DNA of 64,000 nt from Fimbriosthenelais zetlandica (Eukaryota). The stretch's first letter is position 1. Every line of letters begins with the position of its first letter. The position numbers and the translations under genes are program-made. Where the stretch lies: assembly GCA_977030845.1 (NCBI GenBank), contig OZ365109.1, positions 13,950,001 through 14,014,000 of the forward strand. Reading direction: 5' to 3'. Of this stretch, positions 1 to 13,200 are shown one piece after another. The notes under the pieces are model-generated. The model did no database searches, was not told the origin of the DNA, and saw only the letters and a program-made list of their open reading frames with translations.

Positions 1-617
1 AAATCCATGCAGAAATCATCTCAGATGTAAGCTTTGAAAGCCTTGGCAAGGGTTGGGTTTCAAGGAGTTTGTAAACTGAATTTTGGCTGTACTCGTATAA
101 AATGAAAAGTGAATCCTAAGTACGAGTGCCAGTCACCCTGAACTTTTAAAGTGGATACACATCAGTCAGACATATCCCTTTTTTCTATGCATTGACTTTT
201 CCTCTCAAGTTGTAGGCACTATTATCCTTCTAAGCAAATGCAATTTGTTCCATTCTCTCCAATTTATCTCACAAGGCGGCAAAACTAACTGAATTGCATC
301 CCATTATTCTCAACCATTTTCAGCTTAATTCCCCAATTTCCTTCTCCAATTGATTTCTGAGCCTTTTGGAAAAGACCTTTTAGGCAGGAAGACTGATTTC
401 ATTATTTGATTTAAGTTCAAGTACACTGGGAGATAGATTGCTACCACAACTTTCTTATAAAGTTTCCTGAGCTAAGGTATCAACATTCTCTGCATAAATG
501 GTACATAATCTAAACCATTGCACTTGTTTCTGCGTCATTTGTCAGAAAATATATTTGTTTGCTCTTACATATGCCACTTCAGCCTATCAAATACATAGTG
601 TATTGTTGTGACAAATG

Positions 618-1262
618 TCATTCAGTGACATCATCTTGGTCGGCTTGGCCTATCAGAAGAAGGCTGGAGTTGGGAATCACTCCTTAATACCACCACTATC
701 GATTCTCCCTTCACACGCTGGATACCACTAGCATAGGATGTAAGTTCCAGTAGATCTTTCCTTCCCCTTTTCTCCCAATCTCCCAGCATTAGCACTGCAG
801 ACTGCAGCCACCGTGGAACAAGGAGAAAATTAGTAGTTCCCTGTCGACAAGTCACTTATAACCATCCATTTACCCGCTTTTCACGTTCCCAATCTTAAAG
901 GAATCCAAACTGGTTCGGACAGGTGTTTTGGACATAGCAACTAGGATGTCCTCTGTTCATCTCCAACATTCCCACAACTCCTTTGCTCCAGTCCTTCCCT
1001 TTGAAGTCTGACCCCCGGTTTCTTTGATGGTGAAGCTGGGTTATGTCACTGAGGCTCCCCAAGGGATGCAATCCATGGACATGTACGGTATACATTATGT
1101 ATCCACAGAAACCGGCAAAAAATCATGCTACATTTGTTACTTTGGATTCTTCTAATGCTTTTCTTTCGTTTTTCATGGTTGCAGAATGCCAGGATTTGCT
1201 GATGGTGAAATAGGTGGGATCGACTGAGGGGGGAACATGGCCGATGGGATCATAGAGTCAGG
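618..1262 (+). promoter_or_regulatory. Putative initiator and non-coding 5' exons of the ADAMTSL gene
   Basis: Inr-like TCATTC/TCAGT at 618-626, strong donor GAT|GTAAGT at 740, and acceptor TTGCAG|1185 opening the ATG-bearing exon. Inference only. Confidence 0.35.
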
Positions 1263-4200
1263 ATGATGAAAATGGCAATAGATGCTCCAGTGGCGATTCT
1301 TCTGCTGTCCATGGTAAGTCCATTATTCATTAATTAGCTTAATTAGTTTTTTAGTTAGAATTTTTACAGAGCCTGTTTTGGGTGAAGCTCACACCCTTGA
1401 TTACTGAAGTCTCTCGTATGATTTTCAGCTGGGGGCTTCTATGTGCATTACTACATTGCCTTCCATGCAATGGATATTAATTATTAAGCTTGAAATGAAC
1501 GTTTGATATTATAGTAACAATCAGACTATTTTCTGGTTGTAATTTGAATAGATTAACACACCCTCTGAATGTTAAATATGAGAAATAATTGCAGATTTCA
1601 GCATAAAACAGTTGACGTTAGTTCTTTTGGTAAGATGTCTTGAAGCTCTCATCCATCTGTTGATGGGAATAACATGACATTCGAAGAATTTCATTCTTTC
1701 CTGTCCGCTCCACTGAACCCTGATGCAAGAACAAACAAAATCTGTATCAAATGACGAGTAGGTCAAGTATACAAATGTGGGAGAGTTTGGTGGCAGTCTT
1801 TGTGTTGTGATTGAGGGTGCCAATAGGGAACAGACACTGGATCCATCCCAAGTAACTGTCCCTAAATTTCACAGAAACCACCCCATGACTTAAACACGAG
1901 GAGAGACAAAGCCCGACTATGTTTTCCTTCTGATGACTTTTTGTGTATGTCAACACAAGCTGGAGGAGGCCTCGGAAAGTTAGGGCTGGGTCATCAGAGA
2001 AATCCTACATCTGAAAGGTCTCATTGTCTCCACAAGTTGAGTAGAATACCCGCGCAGTTGTGGCTGCTCCTCAATTCTGCAGCACTGTTTACATCATGCA
2101 ATGGTCCTTGCCATTTATTTGAATTTAGAAAATTGTGTTCTAGATGCTATTTTGTATTATAGTTTTGCAGATCCTCTATAGTCGTAGCACCACAGCCATA
2201 GATGTATTGTATAGTCTATATATAATACTTTAAAGTTTAGCTATAGTTATGATGTCAATGTTTAAATCAAATTGTATGCCATATTAATGGGAATGAACGG
2301 CAAATCTTATCAATCCCCGCGGTGAAAAATGAAAGGCGGTGCCTCCCACTTCCCTGGCAATCCAGTCATGACACTGCAAAAAATGGCTGCCATTCACTCC
2401 TAGATCCTCCTCCTTTGGGAGAAATTCTATGACTTGGAATTGCCTTGTCCATGGACTATAAAAGACATTACATAGACCTGTACTGCATACTTCGAAGATA
2501 CATATAAGAGTCTAGTAGATCATAACAAATGGCTGATTTCCTATAGTGGATTTTTCCCCTGAACGTCCATCTTGGCATTGATCTTGCTGTGCCAGTTGCA
2601 AAGACATCTTATCAAATGAAGTGCTATGGACTTGCTGAGCATACATAGGCTATACACAAAATCGCTTTTCAGATTTTTATCACAGGAATAGCAAGATAAT
2701 CTTGCCTCATTACATTAAGTATTTCTTCAATCCATCCAATTGTTGATCAGAAAAGAACTTGCCCTCACACATGTGCATCCATCCACTTTACTAGAATTAA
2801 TTGTCTTGGAAAGCTAGGATGGTTTTGCACCCTCTACTCCGAAGTCTGTAGTTTGTTTAGTTGAAGTATCCCTGTCCCTGAGGTGTCATGAGATTGCTCT
2901 CTAGTCTGGCATGATTCACATCAAAAGCCTTTGATCCAGCCCAGATGAAGCAATGAATCGCTCCCTAAATCCCTCCTGGGAGTTTACCTCTCTCATCTAC
3001 ACTATTAAAGGCAGTCGGTCTGTCTTTTTTTCGGTGGAGCAAACCAAAATGTTTTGCCTCCCATCATGAAAATACAACACCCATGTTGGTTTAAAGAAAC
3101 TTGTGTAAACTCATGGGTTCTGTAATAACAATTTTTTATTATCCATCCTCCGCCTCCACACCTTTGTCTTGTGTCCTCGGTTTAGCCACAAGCCCTTCCT
3201 CTCTCTATTCCTTCACCTCGATCTCCCCAGATATTTTACCCTGATAGGATAGCACTGCTTCCTCTCTCGTACATTCGCCCTTCCTGCCTTGCCAAAACCC
3301 CATAAATCAAGTTAAGATATTGCCTTGTTTTTCTTACAAGTCATAAGAAAATAAGATTTCTCACAGGATATGGAAGCTTCTGTGGAGAAAAGGTCACAAA
3401 GGCCAAGAATACATGAGCAAAGGTAAGCGGGGTATCAATCCAACTTTGACGTTGCCAAAGCAATGGATTCTTTGCTGGAAGTTGTCAACTTGCTCCAGGG
3501 AGCAGCATGAGAATTCCCCTATGTCATAACAAGCCATATCCTTATGCCTGAGTCAACGATTGAAATCCTCACCAATTGCCCTCATCTATCAGTGAGTCTT
3601 CCATCTATAGAACACGTTGTGTCCTTTGAGCCCTGAAAGAAACACTTTATCTGCCAACAACCTGCGCTCTTCGATACATGGTTATTGTTAACATCCAAAA
3701 CAACACCAATCTGTAGAGGCCAGTGTGCATTGGGATTAGAGGAGTTTTAAGAGCTGTATTGTGGTGTTGGTTGTCACTTGGTAGACAGACGGCGTACGTT
3801 TTGTCTCAGCCCCCATTGACCCCGCCTTATCACTGGCTGACCCCAGATCAGAGCAGCTCCAAAACTAAAGTGTCAGACTTGGGAGACCACCAGAGGGCGA
3901 GTGGAGATGAGTAGTTCTTCTTCAGTGGGGGCTCTCTACAGTTTACCTCTGAGCATACGGTCCCACTCACTACAGGCCAAACTGTTGAACCCATCCGAGG
4001 GTGTTAACTAAAAGAAAGGGGGTCAATGATGTTATTGCATCCCCTTCTGTTATGTCTTGTCATTGTATGTTCTTTTTATATTCACATACAAGTCGAAAAC
4101 GTCAGGCTTGCCCGGTGATATATCAATACTTTTTAAATGCACAGTTAACCTTACATCGATGCATCAGTTTCTTCCCTTAAATCGTTTGTTTTTAGGGGCA

Positions 4201-7200
4201 TTTTGTCAACTATTTAAAACCATTATATAACCTCTTAAAATATATTCAGTTTGAATAAAACTGTCGAGTACCAACAAACAATTATCTCGCAATTTCCTTG
4301 GGGATTCACGGCATGTGTTTTTGTTTGGCTTAAACTGGGAAAAAGAGGAACTAAGGGAAAACTGATTAACCTTTGGCTCCTACGGTGACTTCAGAGAGTC
4401 ACTCCCGAAATACACTGGAAGTCATTGTCACTCTGTAACCTACACAGACTAAAGAAATCTTTCTTCCCCGCCCCTCCTTTATCCATTCTAGGTATAAAAA
4501 TATGTCTGCCAAAATTGAGTTACAATATATTTCCCTTTATCGTATTAAAGATAGGATCAAGGGATGATTATATCTTCCTCGCTTCGTGGTTGATGAATCG
4601 TACAGATCAATTGAGAATATTTTGTCTATTGGCTGTGGAGAATATATGAGTCTTGATAATAATCATGATCGATACCCTGACCAATAGCCATGTATTGCTG
4701 ATATCTCAATCCTCATTAATTTACCTTTCTTCCATACATTTACCTATTAATTACTCACTTGTTTTTTGGGCTGATGTGCCAAATATCTTAAATACCTCCA
4801 ACAAATATAGACTGACTTAATTTGCTTCTGGGTCCATCCCATGACAGAGCATAGATCTAGCCTCTTCAATCAATGAATTCCATTATATAAAGCCTGGAAC
4901 TCACTATTCCGATTCTCTATCCGACCCCATCCCATAGCTGTCCAAAACTATATTTCTATTCACACTAAATGCTTGTAATTTGAACTGTCCTTTACACCTA
5001 GGTAAGGCTAACCACTGACAAAATTCCAATGATTAGATGTCATTAGAAGTGGGGGTTCGGATGGCGATGGATTGGAGAATCGAAATTAGTGTGTTCCAGG
5101 CTTTCCGCTACTACATGCTCAGAGCAGAAACCACAGATAGATAACATGTTGACGAATGGTGATGGCCATAATTTATCACTTTGCTTTATCTCTGGTGCTA
5201 TTTTTCAGATTGTTGGGTTTTGTAAGACTCAGACATGGTCAGATTGGTCGGGCTGGAGCGAATGTTCGAGGACCTGCGATGGTGGAGCGTCATACCAACT
5301 CCGGAAGTGCCGCGGAAGTGGCCAGTGTCATGGAGATAGTATTCGTTACCGGACGTGCAACAGAAATGTAAGGACAAACTTCTCCCGTATGAGTTTAATG
5401 ACAGGGATTCACTAAGCAAACAGACAATCGAAAGCCAAACGTATTTTACTACTATTATAGTAGGCTACTATGTAGGGGATAAAACACGACAGTCCATGCT
5501 AATTTAAGTCTATGGGAAGAGTTTGGGCTGTAACGGGCCCCTGTTCCACCTATTTTTAAAAATATTGAAAAAAAACCCACTGAATTTGCTGGCATTTCTT
5601 TTCTATATTTTTACCTTTGAATATCCTGAAGCAATCCTTGTGGCCAAATCTACTGAAAGGTTTTCTTTTGCTTCACTTAAAAACTCGCATATTTGGCCCC
5701 AATAAACGTAGCAAAGTTCCATTTTGACACCACCCATACATGTCTTGAATACAAACACTAAAAACTTCTACAAGCATCACCCATGAAACCATGCAGCTGC
5801 ACCGAATGGTCCCTGCAAAGCTAGGGTGGAGCCATTCCTACCTATCAGGAATAGGCAGAAAAAAGTGGCAAGGTTGATGAATTGTTTCCCAAAGGAAGGT
5901 AACATTGAGGGTCATGGGCGTTTCTGTAGACAAGTGTTGGGGTCTTATCACAACGGGAGGGTATGATTTAGAACAAGCCTGATATCTATTGGTTCCTTAC
6001 CTACCCCATAGAGATACAGGAATCTTTACACCTAGTGGTCCTGCTGATGGAACTGATAACAGAAAAAAAATATTGGGGATCAGCAAGGAAATTTATAAGG
6101 CCTATATGGCACATGAACCGGTAGCCTTATATTTTGGCAACAATCATAATTTACACACAATTACAAATATCTATTCTTTAATTTACCGAAGGGTTTTTCC
6201 TATTTGTAGCTTTAATTAAACACCCTCGAAAGTTACTTTTGTATATCAATTTATGCAGCATTTACCTAGAATGATACAAAAACAAATTTTCGCGTTCCTT
6301 ACCCTGATTTGCCTCATACATTGTATGTATTTAATGTTTATTTTTTCTACCTTCCTCCTCCCACTCCAGCCATGCCCAGCTGGAAGCGGTGACTTCCGAG
6401 CTCAGCAATGTGCCGCCTACAATGATGTTCTCTATGAGGGGCGACTTTATGAGTGGGAACCTATCTCTGAGCCTCGAGATCCATGCTCGTTGAGGTGCAG
6501 GGCGGCAGGCCAGGCCTTCTCTGTCATGCTGGCACCCAAGGTTCTGGACGGGACGAGATGTGATGACAGCAGCATTGACATGTGTATCAACGGGCAGTGC
6601 AGGGTGGGTGCCATTTATGTAATCTATTGTCATTGAAATAACTCCAATTACGAGGGTGGCAAAATGAGAAAGTTATTTCTTTCTAAACTCGTACGTCTTT
6701 GCAGAAATCTAAGATGTTTTTTTCTGGAAATTTTATTTTTTCTCCAGGTCTAAAAGTCTGCACTTAGCCCAACTTAACCTAAACTCATTTTGAAAACCAG
6801 GTGAAAATATTCAGGTGTTTGAGTTAATATTGAAAATAACCTGTGACCATGAATATTGCATTGAGAAGAGTTCACCTTTTTGACAGAAAATTGTCTGAAG
6901 TAAGCATTTTCTCTAGTTTTTGCTGTCACTACTTTTATTTTTTACTTTTTATTAAAATTTTCAATATTTTTAATATTTCCTTGTGCTATACATCATTGGA
7001 ACGCTCGTGATTCTGTTCTATACGAACTGCAAACCCAAAGTAACTCAAATTAAATTTTTGCGACTTTCGACCCATTCAGTGAAAACATCACATATGTGAG
7101 AACTGAAGAATCTTCTGTAACATTTTACGATTCCCCTCAGACGGAATGTTCATTATTTTGTCTCCATCAGCTCTCACTCTTCCAGTCGAGATGATATATT

Positions 7201-10200
7201 TTGCTAACAACAAACAGAAGACCAATTCTTAGGGTAATGACATTGTGGACTAAGAGCCCATATAGTCTGACATGTACCCGCATGGCCCTCAGATAGTTTT
7301 GACGTACTTCTGACACTTATTGTCACATTCCAGCGAGAAAAATGCCCAAAACCTGTCACTTATGTCACTCTTATAACTTTTATTCCGCGCCATGTTTTTT
7401 GGTACATTGGGAATTTATGATGCATGCTTTGTCTGCCTGTGCATGGTAAAACTATCCACTCCAACACAGACACAGACCACCTTCCAATGTCCATTCATAA
7501 AAAAGCTTCAGTGGAAGGAGCTTATGTATTTTATAGAGGAGGAGAAATGGGAGAAGGAGAAAGAAGATGACAAAGTTGGGAGCTCCTGTGTGGTCTACAT
7601 TCTGTAATAGATATGTTGTTAAGAGCATGAGGTATAAAATCTTCCGGAAAATTCCCCCACACTATCTGTGAGCACGCCCTGTCCCCATAACATCTATATA
7701 ATGCCATTTTCACATGTTTTCCATCGATGAAAGGTGGCATTGTATCAGGGCTTCGCTTTTCCCATTCCTCTTCATTGAGAGAAGTTCTAAGTTATAACCA
7801 TCAATAATACTGCAGATCCGAGGTGTCTATAATATATGCACTGTTTTATCTAATTTGTATATGGATTCTGTCTTTATGTTTAGCGTATTTACCGGTGTAT
7901 AAGCCGCACCTGACTATAACCCGCACCCCTGGCCGCTCAGGTTCAAATCCATATATAAACCGCTGCTTTTTATAGAAATCCATATAAAAATGTCTTCGTT
8001 GTATTAACCACAGTCCGCGATTTTTTTTCTCGCAAGTCGCGGCTTTTACTCCGGCAAATCCGGTATATAGAATATATTCTGCCTAGCCATTAGAATCCAT
8101 TGATTTCCAGTATTTAGATCATGAAAGAGATGCAGTGTCCATCCTTCTGGACATACATCTGATGACAATCATATATTCATCAGGGGCCTCTTTCAAAACA
8201 ACCATTAGCAATGCTAAGTCTACGGGAAATCTTTACGCTGAAACAGGCCCCATGTATCAGAAAAGCTGGCATAGTCCACACTTAGTAGATCATCAAATAC
8301 TCTCAGATGGAGATCACGGACACCTGCCTGGCATACAATAATATAGATACTTATACTTATAGCCTACACATGTAGATGCTTTGTAGGAGCTTTTACGGAT
8401 CTATATATGCTATTGTTTGCTAGGAGTCTGGCTTTACGATTCCCCAGCCACACATGCCTCTAGTAAGGACTAGAGGAGGATGGGAGGGCAGGCAATCTGT
8501 GCTGTGTAACATTGATGGGATCCACGTGGCCAAGACAATGGGCCATGAAAAATTATTTCTTTTTGCTGCTTTTTAATTGCTTTATACCACCCTATGCCTT
8601 AGAATTTCCCAGATATTTTGTATAGTCGTGAATAGACGTACTGTGTACGCCTGTCTTTTCCCACCAGAAAATGATATAGATTCCCATGATATTGACTTAT
8701 GACAGAGCCCCAGACTCCATGTCCCCCTCCCCAACCTCCCCAACCCATCTTAGTCCACTGTCTCTGTCTCTGAAGCAAGCCTAAGCAGACGAAGCCATTT
8801 ATTCTAATATAAACTTCCAACTCGGGTCACGAGAAAATGGCAAATCACGAGCAGGTCTCTGGAGACACTTTCTCCTCTGTTCCTCCCTGGAAGTGTTCCT
8901 TTCCCCTAACAAAAATACCAGTCAGTCAGCCAGTCAGTCTACGAGCCACTAACTATATCAGAACTGAACATTATCAGTTGGAATGTCTGAGGTTTGGTTC
9001 TTTAATGGTGACTTATCAGATGTGGGGAGATCGTGAGCCGCATGGCCAATGTGCTCAGATCTCTATTGGTTTTGATAGACTAAACTGGGTTCCTTACCAT
9101 GGTTCGGGAGGGAAGGTTGGGGGTGGGTGTTGGGGCAATTAAAAACATTTTGACAAATTTGTGTACTTAGGATGAACCAGTATTATGGAACAAAATTGAT
9201 GACATCAAGACCATTTTAGTACGAGTAATTCAATTACTAATCGGCGGGAAATTTGCTTAGTGTTGCCCATGATCTCCCATGTCAATGGTCGGGGTGGGTC
9301 TCACCCAATCTTTCCCTCCTTCTCCGTGCAATAAACCAGCAGTGGGTGGTCCCGTGAGATACAGAGAAACAGGGTGAAGAATGGTTATTCTCGGAATTCC
9401 CAGGATTCATTCTCCTCAAGTATGCACATTATATGGTCCTACCTTATTATAGATATATACAAGCACATGGCAATTAAGTGGTGCGAAGATATATCATTAT
9501 CACGTTCTCCCACAAAATAGTGTTGTTCAAAATTGTGGCTCACTTTATCCGGTCTCAGTATTCGATCGACCATTATTAATAATATTCCTAATAGTTCTTT
9601 GCATATTTCTCCTTTTCTATCAGTGAGAAAAATGCGTCATACTATACAGTTACCTGAAATCATTATTTCCCATGTAACTTCGGCTAGCTCACCAAAGTTC
9701 TGAAAGACCTTTTCAAATTAATCCCCTCAGAATTCGTGTATATCCCGTGGACATGCACATTATAACAGTTAGAGAGACATTCTGGAAGACATTTAAAACC
9801 TGGTTCTCCTCGGGCCACAAAAAAAAAATAACAAGAGGGAGAAAAGAGCTCAATAAAATAGAACCTAGGTGAAAAACCGAGGGTAAACTGTCATCCACCT
9901 CAATCCAAGGGAAGAAGGTTTGGGATGCCCGGGGCATGGTAAGCACCGACAAGCTAACCACACACTGTGGCTATAGAGATAGAGCCTCAACTCTCTGAAA
10001 TCATTCTCTGTACTTGAAAAGGGGGCTTTTGGACTATTATAGGCATCCTGTTACATTCTAGTCAGGGACTAATGTATAGGGGTTATTTAACGGGAAGATA
10101 ATAGTAGGGGTGGATTGTACATTCTGTAGACGAATTGAAATTCTAGAGACTCCGCCAGATATTATATTGAATTTGGAGGAACGGTCATATATCACCTGCC

Positions 10201-13200
10201 AAAAAAACGCTTCCCCATGTTAATTTAGAAACAATTTAATTTTAACGTCAGTTTGTCCGCCAGTGGATAGAGACCCATCCCTATGGTACTTTTCCTCCAG
10301 TCCGTATAGATACGAATGTATTGTGAGTGTTCGTGGCTCTCTATAATTAGCATAGTCTAGATTTCTTGCAATCTGCAACGCAAAAATACCTAGCAATATC
10401 ATTCAGAAAGAACTCTTCCAAGTGATAAATGGAATGCAACCTCAACCGTGCTTCTCCCCGCAAAAATCAGAAAGATTACTGTAAACAAATCGTAGCCAAT
10501 CAGGGAAACCATCACGAATATAGTCTCGAGATTCTTGAACATAGGACACGAACTAATTGAACAAAATTGGTGAACTCTTTCCAGTGGCCCCCAGTGTCCT
10601 TACATGTCCAGAATTATCTCGGTATGGGCCGCCACCAACTTATAAATGAACAAAAAAGATGGTGAAAAAATACCAGTCCGTGGGTGAAAAAATGCCAGTC
10701 CGTGACAATCTCCAAGTCGGAATATCCCTGACAATTTCGGTGGCAAGAAAAAAACCTTAAATGCAAATGGGAATGTTTTAAAAATAGGAATTCTTGGTGA
10801 CGGGAATCCAAGTAGCCGTCTCTGCTTGGTGATCACGGCTGTCCAGGCTCGTCTCTAGCTTGATTATTATAGAGACATGATCCACTGGACATGTGGCTTT
10901 AATAAGACAGGAACTAACAGACAGTCACAATAGACAAGCTGACTGGGGGCCTCATATGTATACAATCCCTTAAAAAATATCTCTATATATCCCGACAAGA
11001 AAGTAAGACACATAGGGCATTAATCACACAGCCAATATCACTGAACAGTTTGTCCGCTGTTCATCTAAACTTTTGCAAGTGCTGATGATCATTGGCTTTA
11101 AGAAAATATAACTTTCTTAAATTCTGATTAAGTTGCATCAATATGTTCTGTATGGGATTTTCAGTATTTATTTAAATGGCGTTATTAGATTTAATAAACT
11201 TATAACAGGCTAAACAGAATAGAAAAAAACAATATTATGTTATGGGATATTCAGTATTACTTTAAATGACATTCTATACATAGATTTAATAAACTTATGA
11301 CAGGCTAAACGGAATGAAATAAAGATACAATATGCTGGAGGTTCAAATAATATATTTTAGTACCCAAAAAGCTTTCCTTCGTCATTGATACCGTATGTCC
11401 ATGGTTCCCCATGTGTACTTTGAAATTCCCCTCACATAAAAACTAAAAAATAGAAGTTTTTATAAATAGGTTGAAATACTTTCTCAGGTTCAGCACGTTT
11501 CACCGCCACATAAAAATAAAAGCCATGCGTGACTCTAGTTTGTCAACTCTTGAGTTTTCGTAACGGTTTACGGCCATGCAAAACTATTGCAAGTCAAGTC
11601 AACTTTCTCTGGCTTCAAAGATTAATGTGAATTCCTAAATACCAACTGTACCAAGTAAAATGATGGTTGCACCTCCATGATAAGCCATGTTACGTGGAAG
11701 CTGGGACTCCACTGCTGCGATTTTGCTTGCGATACTAGTGTGACCAAGTGATGCTTGTGTCACAATAAAATTATAAATTTTCGTCAATGTGTTCAAGGCT
11801 TTAAAGTCGTCCTCCACTGGTACATTTTACATTGCAACACCAGCATCATCTTTGTCGCAAGCAAAATCGCAGTAGTGGATTCCCAGCTTTAGTTCCTCCC
11901 ATGCATTGACATCTGGTTCTGTCCGTGGATTGACAAGATCTCAAGATGCAAACTGCCTGGGAGAAGTCCTCCATGGAATCAGGAACCCTTCCCCCACGGC
12001 CACTTTTGAGATGTTTTTATCGCCCAAATATTTTTTTCTTCCGGCTACAGGGTTGCTTTAAGCCCTGCCCTAAGCCAGGACTCCACTACTGCGATTTTAC
12101 TGGCGACACAATTGGGACAAAGGTGATGTTTGTGTCGCAATGAAAAATGTGGTAGTGGAGGACGGCCTTTAGGCCTTTGAGACTTCAACCACAATTCATT
12201 AATTTCATTGCAACACCTTTGTCGCATGCAGTAGTGTCACAAGCAAAATCTCAGCAGTGGAATACAGGCTTTAGATATAGGATTGTTAAATCTTAGAGTA
12301 AAAAGATTTTACTCTAAGGCTAAAGTGACCGGCAGATGGGTAATTATTGCTTACATCTGGTAGACTGGAGAAGAATGTCATTGTCCTCTATATGGTCACA
12401 CAATAGCCACAAAATAAATCTCAAGAAGAGACTGACATTTTTAGAAATGAGGCCTCATAGTGATAAAACAGATCAGCCCACTAACTTTCTTGCACTGACG
12501 TCCAGAGCTCGCAAGTTCCCTAGTCACAAATCAATGTCCCGTACGCCTATTTGTTACTCATGTCCTTTTTTATACCCGACACAATAGCCCGCTTTCCGTT
12601 AAAGTGGCAAACATTGTTTTTCCTGGTTGTTTTTTCCTATTTTGCCACTCCGTACATGTGCTAAATATCAAACAATCATAGACAGGTCACATGCATAGAT
12701 TCCCATCCCAGTTTGTCAAACTTCCAGGCGTCGGCGAGCTCTTGATATAAATTCATTTATAAATTCCCATTCAGACTTTTTTGATGAATTTATTTAATTT
12801 GGTTTCATAAAAAGAATCGATGGCTAGTTTCTGCCTCTGGTCTTGCAGCATACCAGATCCTGGGGTCTGTTACATGAAAGAAGAAGAATCAGCTAGTGGC
12901 TCTTTTTCTATGTCGTCGGCTTAGTGATCAGACCTGCTAAACGCCATTTTGGCGAAAATCTTTTTATGAGGGATCGAATCGACATTGCCTTCTGTTCTGT
13001 ACAATTGATATTTCCAGGTGCATGTTCTCTAGGTACAACGCACCAACACCCTGAGGAGGGAGGCATTGAAAATGCCTTGGACAGCTCGGGGGATTGAACC
13101 GCCGACCCTTCGCTCACTGGTCAACCAACATGCTCTAACCATAATAAATTGTCTTTCGTTTCTTACAGAAAGTTGGCTGTGACGGAGTGCTGGGATCAGA

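Noticed and set aside
9106-9135. G-quadruplex-forming motifs (also near 8722-8745 on the minus strand and 62128-62177)
   Set aside because: Common in animal introns, with no positional or functional context.
9645-9712. Minus-strand AG|GT zero-length site and a 7-nt microexon-like signal
   Set aside because: No supporting transcript model; such short motifs are expected by chance.
12660-12866. Minus-strand exon with a strong acceptor and protein-like text (…[14 protein letters not shown]…[16 protein letters not shown])
   Set aside because: It needs two frameshifts, has no donor or partner exons, and adjoins the SINE. Probably a decayed repeat or chance.
13085-13143. tRNA gene
   Set aside because: A and B boxes are present, but there is no acceptor stem or cloverleaf and a non-tRNA body follows, so it is a SINE head.
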